From Eledone cirrhosa (Eukaryota): a stretch of DNA of 64,000 nucleotides. The position numbers and the translations under genes were made by a program. The notes below the pieces were generated by a model. It was not told the DNA's origin, did not search any database, and saw only the letters and a program-made list of their open reading frames with translations. Numbering within the stretch: position 1 is the stretch's first letter; the number at the start of each line of letters is the position of its first letter. This document shows positions 1 through 11,200 of this stretch, in pieces. The DNA is taken from positions 412,052,001-412,116,000 of the forward strand of contig OZ024741.1 in the NCBI GenBank assembly GCA_964016885.1. Reading direction: 5' to 3'.

Positions 1-3000
1 AAGAATTCCCAGTAGGGATTAGTGAGCGTCTTATGTCCATGAGAGTTCCGCTGGACAAGGGAAGATATGCTACCCTGGTGAGTGTGTATGCTGCAACTAT
101 GAATTCTGTCGATGAGGAAAAGGTGTCCTTTTACCATGCCTTGAAAGGTGTTTTAAGAAATATCCCTCAGGCAGACAAAGTCATCGTGCTTGGTGACTTT
201 AATGCTAGAGTGGGTAGGGATTTTAACATATGGAATGTAATCGCAAGGCATGGGGTGGGAAAGTGTAACAGCAATGGTATGCTCCTGCTGCAGATGTGTG
301 AGGAGTTGGATCTGTGTGTTACCAACACCATGTTCCAACAAAAGAACAAATTCAAGACCACATGGATGCATCCTGCATCTAAGGAATGGCATATTTTGGA
401 CTACGTCCTAGTCAGGATGCGTGACAGACAGGATATGCAGTGTGTTCGTGTTCTTCGTGGAGCTGAGTGCTGGATGGACCACCGCCTGGTACGCGCAAAA
501 GTGAAACTAATCACTAAACGTAAAATCCGGACTCCTGGTGTTGCCCTGCCCAAAAGATTGAATGCTGCTCGTCTTAAGGATAAAAATGTGAAGAGGACAT
601 TGGAAGAAGAGATGCAGGCTGCAGATCTTGGTGAGGATTGGCCGACCCTTAAAAAGTCGGTTTATGATGTAGGCAGGCGTGTTCTGGGATTGGCGCAGAG
701 GAAACATCAGGACTGGTTTGATGAGAATGATGTACATATAGAAGACTTGTTGGCTGATAAGAGGCGTGCTCTGTCACGCTACTTGACGGCAAAACCACAG
801 GAGAGGAATACGTTGCATGGGGAACTCAGGGATGTAAAATCACGTGTTAGGCGGAGTCTTTCTCAGATGAAGGATCAGTGGTGGAGTGAGAAGGCTGGTG
901 AGATACAAACTGCGTCTGATTCCAATAGCACAAAGCTGTTGTACAGTCTCTTGCGTGAGGTTTATGGACCGTCTTCTTCTCTGGTGACACCGCTTCGCAG
1001 CAGGGATGGCAAAGAACTTCTTCGTGACTCACAAGGAATTCTACGAAGGTGGCGAGAGCACTTTGATGATCTTTTGAATCAGCCGTCTGTCGTCAGTGAA
1101 GATTTCCTCAATCTCATTCCAGAAAGTCCTGTGAAAGTAGCTCTCGCAGAACCTCCGACGCTTGTGGAGGTTGCAGTGGCTATTTCGAAGCTGAACAGTG
1201 GAAGATCTCCAGGTATGGATGGCATACATGCTGAGCTCCTACAATATGGTGGTGAGAGACTCCTGCAACATCTTCACTCTTTGTTTGGCAGGATATGGGC
1301 TAATGAATCCGTACCTGAGGACTGGAGAGATGCAGTAATGGTGGTCTTGTACAAGGGAAAGGGTAACAGGAACGATTGTGGGAACTACAGAGGTATATCA
1401 TTGCTTTCTGTCGTAGGGAAAGTTTTATGTAGGGTGCTTCTGGACCGTCTGCTGACACACATTGCAGATTGTGTTCTTCCTGAAAGTCAATCTGGTTTTA
1501 GTGCTGGACGCGGCACTACTGATATGATCTTCTCAGCTAGACAGCTCCAGGAGAAGTGCATGGAACAAGGCTTGGATCTGTATCAGGTTTTTGTCGATAT
1601 GACAAAAGCTTTCGATACTGTTAACAGAGATGCATTATGGAAGGTTCTCCAGAAACTTGGTTGCCCTGATAAGTTCCTTGCTTTAGTTAGGTCTTTCCAT
1701 GACGACATGAAGGCTTGGGTTAATGTCGGGGGTAACATGTCGGAGCCTATCTCAGTAAAAAATGGAGTGAAACAGGGGGATATTCCAGCACCAACCCTGT
1801 TTGCCATATACTTTGCAATGATTTTCTGTATTGCATTCAGGAATTGCGAGCATGGTGTTTACATCCGATATCGAACCTCAGGCAGCATATTTAACATCAT
1901 GCGCTTTGCTGCGAAGACAAAAGTATTTACATCAATCATAAGAGACCTCTTGTATGCAGATGATTGCGATCTTGTAGCGCACACAGAGAGTGATATGCAG
2001 CACATTTTGAATGCATTTTCTGACGCTTGCACTGCCCTATGTCTGGCTGTCAGTCTCAAGAAAACCGTCGTCATGTACCAACCTGACCCTGGTAAGCAGT
2101 ACACTGAACCAAACATCTATGTGTATGGCAAACGACTTGGAGTGGTTGATCAGTTTGTCTACCTGGGAAGCACTGTCAATCGATACAGCAACCTTGACAG
2201 TGAAATCTCACTTAGGATTAGGAAAGCAAGTGATGCTTTCGGAAAGCTAGAAAGGCGACTCTGGGGTCGGCGAGACATATGCAGGAGGACAAAGGTAAAG
2301 GTGTACAGGGCATGTGTGCTCTCTTGTCTTCTTTATGCCTGCGAAACCTGGGTCACATATCGACACCACCTTAAGCAATTGGAGCGTTTCCATCAGATGT
2401 GTCTCAGACGGATCCATGGCGTTCACTGGAGGGACCACATCAGTGATGTCGAGATTTTGGAAAGCTCTATGTGTGACAGTATAGAAGCTCTTGTGCTTAA
2501 GCAACGACTCCGTTGGAGTGGTCACCTTACCAGGATGAAGGATTCTAGAATACCAAAACAACTCTTTTATGGAGAGTTGGTTAAAGGAAAACGACAGCCA
2601 CATAAACCAAAAAAGAGGTATAAGGATTCCTTGAAAGCCTCTCTGAAAGACGCTAACATCTCTGCTGATACATGGGAGAATATTGCTGCTGATCGTAATA
2701 AATGGAGAAAGACTGTATATGAGGGAAAAGTTGCCTTTGAGGCATCTCGAATCGCATACGAGAAAGTAAAGCGGGATGTGAGGAAGGGCATTGCTGTTGC
2801 ACTTCCAGACGGCGAAGGTCCTCCTATGGTGCTGGCATGCAGCGTATGTGCGAGACTCTGCCTAAGCAAAGCTGGACTCGAAAGTCATCTTCGCAGTCAT
2901 AAAGTAAGACCAGTGGTTGACTACCAGGCTGCTGTTGGAGATGCTACTCATCATGCTTGCCAAACATGTGGTAGAGAATGTAAATCAGCAGGAGGGCTCA

Positions 3001-3566
3001 AGCGACATGCAAAAGTACACGAACTCCAACCACAGCCGACTATTCCCAGTGAATGTTTTGGTTGCCGACTCTGTGCAAGACATTTTAGATCATTGGCTGG
3101 GCTAAAAAGCCACATTCTATCGCAGCGCTGTTAGTTGCTATCGTGTGTGTGTGTGTAGATATGCTTATGTGTGTGCGTGTGTGTGTATATATATATGTAT
3201 ATGTATATTATTATTGTTGTCGTGATTATTATTGTTGTTATTGTTATTATTGTTATTAATGTGTGTGTGTGTGATGTATGTATATGTATATGTATATGTA
3301 TATATGGCTTTGTGCAGTGCCTTTGCTCACTATAAAAGCTTCACGGCACAGGCATTGCTTTATATCTGGAGATCTCTCTGCACTTGTGGTCACATGGTTC
3401 CATGGGCCCAGCACTAAGTGTCAATAATTGTCACAAGTGTAGTGTTTGTACCAGAGTTTTCAAGTCGCTGGCTGGACTAAAAAGTCACACTCGTTCAGCG
3501 CATCGGTGGGGGTTCTCCTACATGGATATAAATTAGTGGCCGTACTCGAAAACGAGTTGGCAGCCA

Positions 3567-3570
<4 letters not shown>
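1..3570 (+). mobile_element. RTE LINE body to its 3' end, including a detached fourth zinc finger and terminal stem-loop, followed by (AT)n
   Basis: In-frame HLWSH...CSVCTRVFKSLAGLKSHTRSAH...DIN* at 3381-3536, then tggc-cgta-ctcg-aaaa-cgag-ttggca-gcca and (AT)n from about 3569. Confidence 0.8.
3..3134 (+). CDS. RTE-clade non-LTR retrotransposon ORF (APE endonuclease C-terminal half, reverse transcriptase, C-terminal C2H2 zinc fingers); 5' end lies outside the window
   Basis: Stop-free ORF of 1033 aa or more, with the frame open back to position 3 (EFPVGISERLM). APE motifs VLGDFNARVG, ILDYVLV, DHRLV. RT motifs NYRGISLLS, FVDMTKAFD, GVKQG, LLYADDC, FVYLGS. Thumb-region LLYACETW and RLRWSGH. 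Fingers CSVC..HLRSH, CQTC..HAKVH, CRLC..H. Confidence 0.95.
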   Translation, partial: EFPVGISERLMSMRVPLDKGRYATLVSVYAATMNSVDEEKVSFYHALKGVLRNIPQADKVIVLGDFNARVGRDFNIWNVIARHGVGKCNSNGMLLLQMCEELDLCVTNTMFQQKNKFKTTWMHPASKEWHILDYVLVRMRDRQDMQCVRVLRGAECWMDHRLVRAKVKLITKRKIRTPGVALPKRLNAARLKDKNVKRTLEEEMQAADLGEDWPTLKKSVYDVGRRVLGLAQRKHQDWFDENDVHIEDLLADKRRALSRYLTAKPQERNTLHGELRDVKSRVRRSLSQMKDQWWSEKAGEIQTASDSNSTKLLYSLLREVYGPSSSLVTPLRSRDGKELLRDSQGILRRWREHFDDLLNQPSVVSEDFLNLIPESPVKVALAEPPTLVEVAVAISKLNSGRSPGMDGIHAELLQYGGERLLQHLHSLFGRIWANESVPEDWRDAVMVVLYKGKGNRNDCGNYRGISLLSVVGKVLCRVLLDRLLTHIADCVLPESQSGFSAGRGTTDMIFSARQLQEKCMEQGLDLYQVFVDMTKAFDTVNRDALWKVLQKLGCPDKFLALVRSFHDDMKAWVNVGGNMSEPISVKNGVKQGDIPAPTLFAIYFAMIFCIAFRNCEHGVYIRYRTSGSIFNIMRFAAKTKVFTSIIRDLLYADDCDLVAHTESDMQHILNAFSDACTALCLAVSLKKTVVMYQPDPGKQYTEPNIYVYGKRLGVVDQFVYLGSTVNRYSNLDSEISLRIRKASDAFGKLERRLWGRRDICRRTKVKVYRACVLSCLLYACETWVTYRHHLKQLERFHQMCLRRIHGVHWRDHISDVEILESSMCDSIEALVLKQRLRWSGHLTRMKDSRIPKQLFYGELVKGKRQPHKPKKRYKDSLKASLKDANISADTWENIAADRNKWRKTVYEGKVAFEASRIAYEKVKRDVRKGIAVALPDGEGPPMVLACSVCARLCLSKAGLESHLRSHKVRPVVDYQAAVGDATHHACQTCGRECKSAGGLKRHAKVHELQPQPTIPSECFGCRLCARHFRSLAGLKSHILSQRC

Positions 3571-3637
<67 letters not shown>

Positions 3638-3688
3638 ATTTTATTTTTATTTATTTATTATTATTATTTTTTTTCTTTCTCCTCGTGC

Positions 3689-3725
3689 AATGGCCATACT
3701 CGATAACGAGGGGGCAGCCATCATA
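3689..3725 (+). mobile_element. Second, related RTE 3'-terminal stem-loop (very short truncated copy)
   Basis: tggccatactcgataacgagggggcagccatcat aligns to 3537-3570 with the stems conserved. Confidence 0.6.
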
Positions 3726-3822
3726 TGTATGAGTGTTTATATATGAGTGTGTGTACACGTATGAGGTGTGTACATACACATATATGTATGTATATATATA
3801 TATATATATAAAAATGTGTGTA

Positions 3823-3857
<35 letters not shown>

Positions 3858-4669
3858 GTATATATGTGGATATAGGTGTGTATGTGTAGATATAGATATG
3901 TATGGATATGTGTGTATATGATTATGTGCACATGTGTAAGTGTGTATTTAGGTTTGCATCTATTTGTGCGTATGTATTTATCTGAGTTGGATTATTTATA
4001 CATAAACATACTTGACAGTATTTTAGAGTTTATCATATGCTGTATTATACTAAGTGCAATTTACCGCACCGTACTATATTGTGTTGGTTATGTTGTATAT
4101 TATCGCATTACTGTATTTCATTATCTTATTATAATTTTCATCTTTTAATATACTATCTTTCCTAGCCATAACCTTAATTTATATTCACCTAAAAACTCAA
4201 TACAACACTAATCACCATTTATTTTTACATTCTTTTTAAACTTCACTATACCAGATACATTCAACTATCAGTTTGACAATCCCTTTCCTCCTAATAGATT
4301 TTTATGCCAATTCTACTATTAACACCATTCAAGCATTCCTTTCAAAGGGTCATGACCTCAACTAAAGTGTATTACTTTTCATCTTAACACCATATGAAAA
4401 AAACAATTTGATTAGTTAGTTCTTTAACTACCTCCACATAAGGACATGATAGTAACATACTACTAATTCTGAATAAAATTATTATTGCTTTTGAAAACAG
4501 CTGGTGATATGCATGTAAGTAAATATTCTATATATCTGATATTTTGTAACTAACCTTACATAGATCAATAACGGAGTATAGCTACAATGTATTATCATCA
4601 CCTAGAAACGATCGTAAAGCAGTGAAATATATCTCTAATGACTTGATTTTTTATTTCATTGTTTTAACT

Positions 4670-4808
<139 letters not shown>

Positions 4809-4854
4809 GTCAGTGTTATTCTGTCGGTATAACTAAGTGTGTATGTGTTAGACA

Positions 4855-5036
4855 TAAGGCCAGCAATTTGAAGGGGAGGGGAAAGTCGATTAAATTGGTC
4901 CCAGTGCACTACTGGTACTTTATTTTATCGACCCTGGAAATATGAAAGGCAAAGCTAACTGCTGTGGGATTTGAACTCAGAATGTAAAGAGCCGGAAAAA
5001 TACGCATTTGTCCGACGCTCTACCGATCCGCCTGTC
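4855..5036 (-). mobile_element. tRNA-derived SINE (degenerate)
   Basis: The minus strand has an A-box-like ggatcggtagagcg and a B-box gagttcaaatccc, then a gcctttcat...gggtcgataaaataagtaccag central domain. From memory this resembles an abundant octopus SINE; not searched. Confidence 0.65.
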
Positions 5037-5220
5037 CAATAAATAAATAAGTAAATAAGTATATAAATAAATAAAATGTAAGGTGAGTCGGTAATTCCGT
5101 GTATATTTCCCTACAAAATTTATTTCCCTCAACTTACACCACTAAATTATCTTTTAGGACCACCTGTATGTGACCCCTACAAATGCGGAGTTTGTATTAA
5201 TGTGAGAAATCCTTACAACT

Positions 5221-8200
5221 GGGTATTTAGCACCCTAGACTAGCCCTACAATGTGTACCATGGTATTTGGTACCCTAGACTAGCCCTACAATGTGTACCA
5301 TGGTATTTGGTACCCTAGACTACCTCTACAATGTGTACCATGGTATTTGGTACCCTAGACTACCTCTACAATGTGTACCATGGTATTTGGTACCCTAGAC
5401 TACCTCTACAATGTATACCATGGTATTTGGTACCCTAGACTAGCCCTATAATGTGTACCATGGTATTTGGTACCCTAGACTACCTCTACAATGTGTACCA
5501 TGGTATTTGGTACCCTAGACTAGCCCTATAATGTGTACCATGGTATTTGGTACCCTAGACTAGCCCTACAATGTGTACCATGGTATTTGGCACCCTAGAC
5601 TACCTCTACAATGTGTACCATGGTATTTGGTACCCTAGACTACCTCTACAATGTGTACCATGGTATTTGGTACCCTAGACTAGCACTACAATGTGTACCA
5701 TGGTATTTGGTACCCTAGACTAACCCTACAATGTGTACCATGGTATTTGGTACCCTAGACTAGCCCTACAATGTGTACCATGGTATTTGGTACCCTAGAC
5801 TAGCCCTACAATGTGTACCATGGTATTTGGTACCCTAGACTAGCCCTACAATGTGTACCATGGTATTTGGTACCCTAGACTAGCCCTACAATGTGTACCA
5901 TGGTATTTGGTACCCTAGACTAGCCCTACAATGTGTACCATGGTATTTGGTACCCTAGACTAGCCCTACAATGTGTACCATGTTATTTGGTACCCTAGAC
6001 TAGCCCTACAATGTGTACCATGGTATTTGGTACCCTAGACTAGCCCTACAATGTGTACCATGGTATTTGGTACCCTAGACTACCTCTACAATGTGTACCA
6101 TGATATTTGGTACCCTAGACTAGCCCTACAATATGTACCATGGTATTTGGTACCCTAGACTAGCCCTACAATGTGTACCATTGTATTTGGTACCCTAGAC
6201 TACCTCTACAATGTGTACCATGGTATTTGGTACCCTACACTACCTCTACAATGTGTACCATGGTATTTGGTACCCTAGACTACCTCTACAATGTGTACCA
6301 TGGTATTTGGTACCCTAGACTACCTCTACAATGTGTACCATGGTATTTGGTACCCTAGACTACATCTACAATGCGTACCATGGTATTTGGTACCCTAGAC
6401 TACCTCTACAATGTGTACCATGGTATTTGGTACCCTAGACTACCTCTACAATGTGTACCATGGTATTTGGTACCCTAGACTAGCCCTACAATGTGTACCA
6501 TGGTATTTGGTACCCTAGACTACCTCTACAATGTATACCATGGTATTTGGTACCCTAGACTAGCCCTATAATGTGTACCATGGTATTTGGTACCCTAGAC
6601 TACCTCTACAATGTGTACCATGGTATTTGGTACCCTAGACTAGCCCTATAATGTGTACCATGGTATTTGGTACCCTAGACTACCTCTACAATGTATACCA
6701 TGGTATTTGGTACCCTAGACTAGCCCTATAATGTGTACCATGGTATTTGGTACCCTAGACTACCTCTACAATGTGTACCATGGTATTTGGTACCCTAGGC
6801 TAGCCCTATAATGTGTACCATGGTATTTGGTACCCTAGACTAGCCCTACAATGTGTACCATGGTATTTGGCACCCTAGACTACCTCTACAATGTGTACCA
6901 TGGTATTTGGTACCCTAGACTACCTCTACAATGTGTACCATGGTATTTGGTACCCTAGACTAGCCCTACAATGTGTACCATGGTATTTGGTACCCTAGAC
7001 TAACCCTACAATGTGTACCATGGTATTTGGTACCCTAGACTAGCCCTACAATGTGTACCATGGTATTTGGTACCCTAGACTAGCCCTACAATGTGTACCA
7101 TGGTATTTGGTACCCTAGACTAGCCCTACAATGTGTACCATGGTATTTGGTACCCTAGACTAGCCCTACAATGTGTACCATGGTATTTGGTACCCTAGAC
7201 TAGCCCTACAATGTGTACCATGGTATTTGGTACCCTAGACTAGCCCTACAATGTGTACCATGGTATTTGGTACCCTAGACTACCTCTACAATGTGTACCA
7301 TGATATTTGGTACCCTAGACTAGCCCTACAATGTGTACCATGGTATTTGGTACCCTAGACTAGCCCTACAATGTGTACCATTGTATTTGGTACCCTAGAC
7401 TACCTCTACAATGTGTACCATGGTATTTGGTACACTAGACTACCTCTACAATGTGTACCATGGTATTTGGTACCCTAGACTACCTCTACAATGTGTACCA
7501 TGGTATTTGGTACCCTAGACTACCTCTACAATGTGTACCATGGTATTTGGTACCCTAGACTAGCCCTACAATGTGTACCATGTTATTTGGTACCCTAGAC
7601 TAGCCCTACAATGTGTACCATGGTATTTGGTACCCTAGACTACCTCTACAATGTGTACCATGGTATTTGGCACCCTAGACTACCTCTACAATGTGTACCA
7701 TGGTATTTGGTACCCTAGACTACCTCTACAATGTGTACCATGGTATTTGTTACCCTAGACTACCTCTACAATGTGTACCATGGTATTTGGTACCCTAGAC
7801 TACCTCTACAATGTGTACCATTGTATTTGGTACCCTAGACTACCTCTACAATGTGTACCATGGTATTTGGTACCCTAGACTAGCCCTACAATGTGTACCA
7901 TGGTATTTGTTACCCTAGACTACCTCTACAATGTGTACCATGGTATTTGGTACCCTAGACTAGCCCTACAATGTGTACCATGGTATTTGGTACCCTAGAC
8001 TACCTCTACAATGTGTACCATGGTATTTGGCACCCTAGACTACCTCTACAATGTGTACCATGGTATTTGGTACCCTAGACTACCTCTACCATGTGTACCA
8101 TGGTATTTGGTACCCTAGACTACCTCTACAATGTGTACCATGGTATTTGGTACCCTAGACTACCTCTACAATGTGTACCATGGTATTTGGTACCCTAGAC

Positions 8201-11200
8201 TAGCCCTACAATGTGTACCATGGTATTTGGTACCCTAGACTAGCCCTACAATGTGTACCATGGTATTTGGTACCCTAGACTACCTCTACAATGTGTACCA
8301 TGGTATTTGGTACCCTAGACTACCTCTTGTGTACCATGGTATTTGGTACCCTAGACTACCTCTACAATGTGTAGCATGGTATTTGGTACCCTAGACTACC
8401 TCTACAATGTGTACCATGGTATTTGGTACCCTAGACTACCTCTACAATGTGTACCATGGTATCTGGTACCCTAGACTAGCCCTACAATGTGTACCATGGT
8501 ATTTGGTACCCTAGACTAGCCCTACAATGTGTACCATGGTATTTGGTACCCTAGACTACCTCTACAATGTGTACCATGGTATTTGGTACCCTAGACTACC
8601 TCTACAATGTGTACCATGGTATTTGGTACCCTAGACTACCTCTACAATGTGTACCATGCTATTTGGTACCCTAGACTAGACCTACAATGTGTACCATGAT
8701 ATTTGGTACCCTAGACTAGCCCTACAATGTGTACCATGGTATTTGGTACCCTAGACTACCTCTACAATGTGTACCATGGTATTTGGTACCCTAGACTAGC
8801 CCTACAATGTGTACCATGGTATTTGGTACCCTAGACTACCTCTACAATGTGTACCATGGTATTTGGTACCCTAGACTAGCCCTACAATGTGTACCATGGT
8901 ATTTGGTACCCTAGACTACCTCTACAATGTGTACCATGGTATTTGGTACCCTAGACGACCTCTACAATGTGTACCATGGTATTTGGTACCCTAGACTACC
9001 TCTACAATGTGTACCATGGTATTTGGTACCCTAGACTAGCCTTACAATGTGTACCATGGTATTTGGTACCCTAGACTAGCCCTACGATGTGTACCATGCT
9101 ATTTGGTACCCTGGACTACCTCTACAATGTGTACCATGGTATTTGGTACCCTAGACTACCTCTACAATGTGTACCTTGGTATTTGGTACGCTAGACTAGC
9201 CCTACAATGTGTACCATGGTATTTGGTACCCTAGACTACCTCTACAATGTGTACCATGGTATTTGGCACCCTAGACTACCTCTACAATGTGTACCATGGT
9301 ATTTGGTACCCTAGACTAGCCCTACAATGTGTACCATGGTATTTGGTACCCTAGACTAGCCCTACAATGTGTACCATGGTATTTGGCACCCTAGACTAGC
9401 CCTACAATGTGTACCATGGTATTTGGTACCCTAGACTAGCCCTACAATGTGTACCATGGTATTTGGTACCCTAGACTAGCCCTACAATGTGTACCATGGT
9501 ATTTGGTACCCTAGACTAGCCCTATAATGTGTACCATGGTATTTGGTACCCTAGACTAGCCCTACAATGTGTACCATGGTATTTGGTACCCTAGACTAGC
9601 CCTACAATGTGTACCATGGTATTTGGTACCCTAGACTAGCCCTACAATGTGTACCATTGTATTTTGTACCCTAGACTACCTCTACAATGTGTACCATGGT
9701 ATTTGGTACCCTAGACTACCTCTACAATGTGTACCATGGTATTTGGTACCCTAGACTACCTCTACAATGTGTACCATGGTATTTGGTACCCTAGACTACC
9801 TCTACAATGTGTACCATGGTATTTGGTACCCTAGACTAGCCCTACAATGTGTACCATGTTATTTGGTACCCTAGACTAGCCCTACAATGTGTACCATGGT
9901 ATTTGGTACCCTAGACTACCTCTACAATGTGTACCATGGAATTTGGTACCCTAGACTACCTCTTGTGTACCATGGTATTTGGTACCCTAGACTACCTCTA
10001 CAATGTGTACCATGGTATTTGGTACCCTAGACTACCTCTACAATGTGTACCATGGTATTTGGTACCCTAGACTACCTCTACAATGTGTACCATGGTATTT
10101 GGTACCCTAGACTAGCCCTACAATGTGTACCATGGTATTTGGTACCCTAGACTAGCCCTACAATGTGTACCATGGTATTTGGTACCCTAGACTACCTCTA
10201 CAATGTGTACCATGGTATTTGGTACCCTAGACTACCTCTACAATGTGTACCATGGTATTTGGTACCCTAGACTACCTCTACAATGTGTACCATGCTATTT
10301 GGTACCCTAGACTAGACCTACAATGTGTACCATGATATTTGGTACCCTAGACTAGCCCTACAATGTGTACCATGGTATTTGGTACCCTAGACTACCTCTA
10401 CAATGTGTACCATGGTATTTGGTACCCTAGACTAGCCCTACAATGTGTACCATGGTATTTGGTACCCTAGACTACCTCTACAATGTGTACCATGGTATTT
10501 GGTACCCTAGACTAGCCCTACAATGTGTACCATGGTATTTGGTACCCTAGACTACCTCTACAATGTGTACCATGGTATTTGGTACCCTAGACTAGCCCTA
10601 CAATGTGTACCATGGTATTTGGCACCCTAGACTAGCCCTACAATGTGTACCATGGTATTTGGTACCCTAGACGACCTCTACAATGTGTACCATGGTATTT
10701 GGTACCCTAGACTACCTCTACAATGTGTACCATGGTATTTGGTACCCTAGACTAGCCTTACAATGTGTACCATGGTATTTGGTACCCTAGACTAGCCCTA
10801 CGATGTGTACCATGGTATTTGGTACCCTGGACTACCTCTACAATGTGTACCATGGTATTTGGTACCCTAGACTAGCCCTACAATGTGTACCATGGTATTT
10901 GGTACCCTAGACTACCTCTACAATGTGTACCATGGTATTTGGCACCCTAGACTACCTCTACAATGTGTACCATGGTATTTGGTACCCTAGACTAGCCCTA
11001 CAATGTGTACCATGGTATTTGATACCCTAGACTAGCCCTACAATGTGTACCATGGTATTTGGCACCCTAGACTAGCCCTACAATGTGTACCATGGTATTT
11101 GGTACCCTAGACTAGCCCTACAATGTGTACCATGGTATTTGGTACCCTAGACTAGCCCTACAATGTGTACCATGGTATTTGGTACCCTAGACTAGCCCTA

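Noticed and set aside
153-2869. Antisense and alternate-frame ORFs over the RTE (also 39386-41917 on + and 21215-21651 on -)
   Set aside because: Shadow ORFs of RT coding sequence with no independent motifs.
2836-3134. Host C2H2 zinc-finger transcription factor gene
   Set aside because: The fingers are in frame with the RT, lack TGEKP linkers and precede the LINE 3' tail.
4565-4625. Hammerhead 3' half GAAAC-GAUC-GUA with a palindromic loop
   Set aside because: No CUGANGA-like core or stem I upstream; at most a decayed PLE end.
5221-5300. Telomere-derived origin of the 40-mer (TACCCT, TAGCCCT, TAACCCT words)
   Set aside because: Two short degenerate words per monomer are too weak to support the claim.
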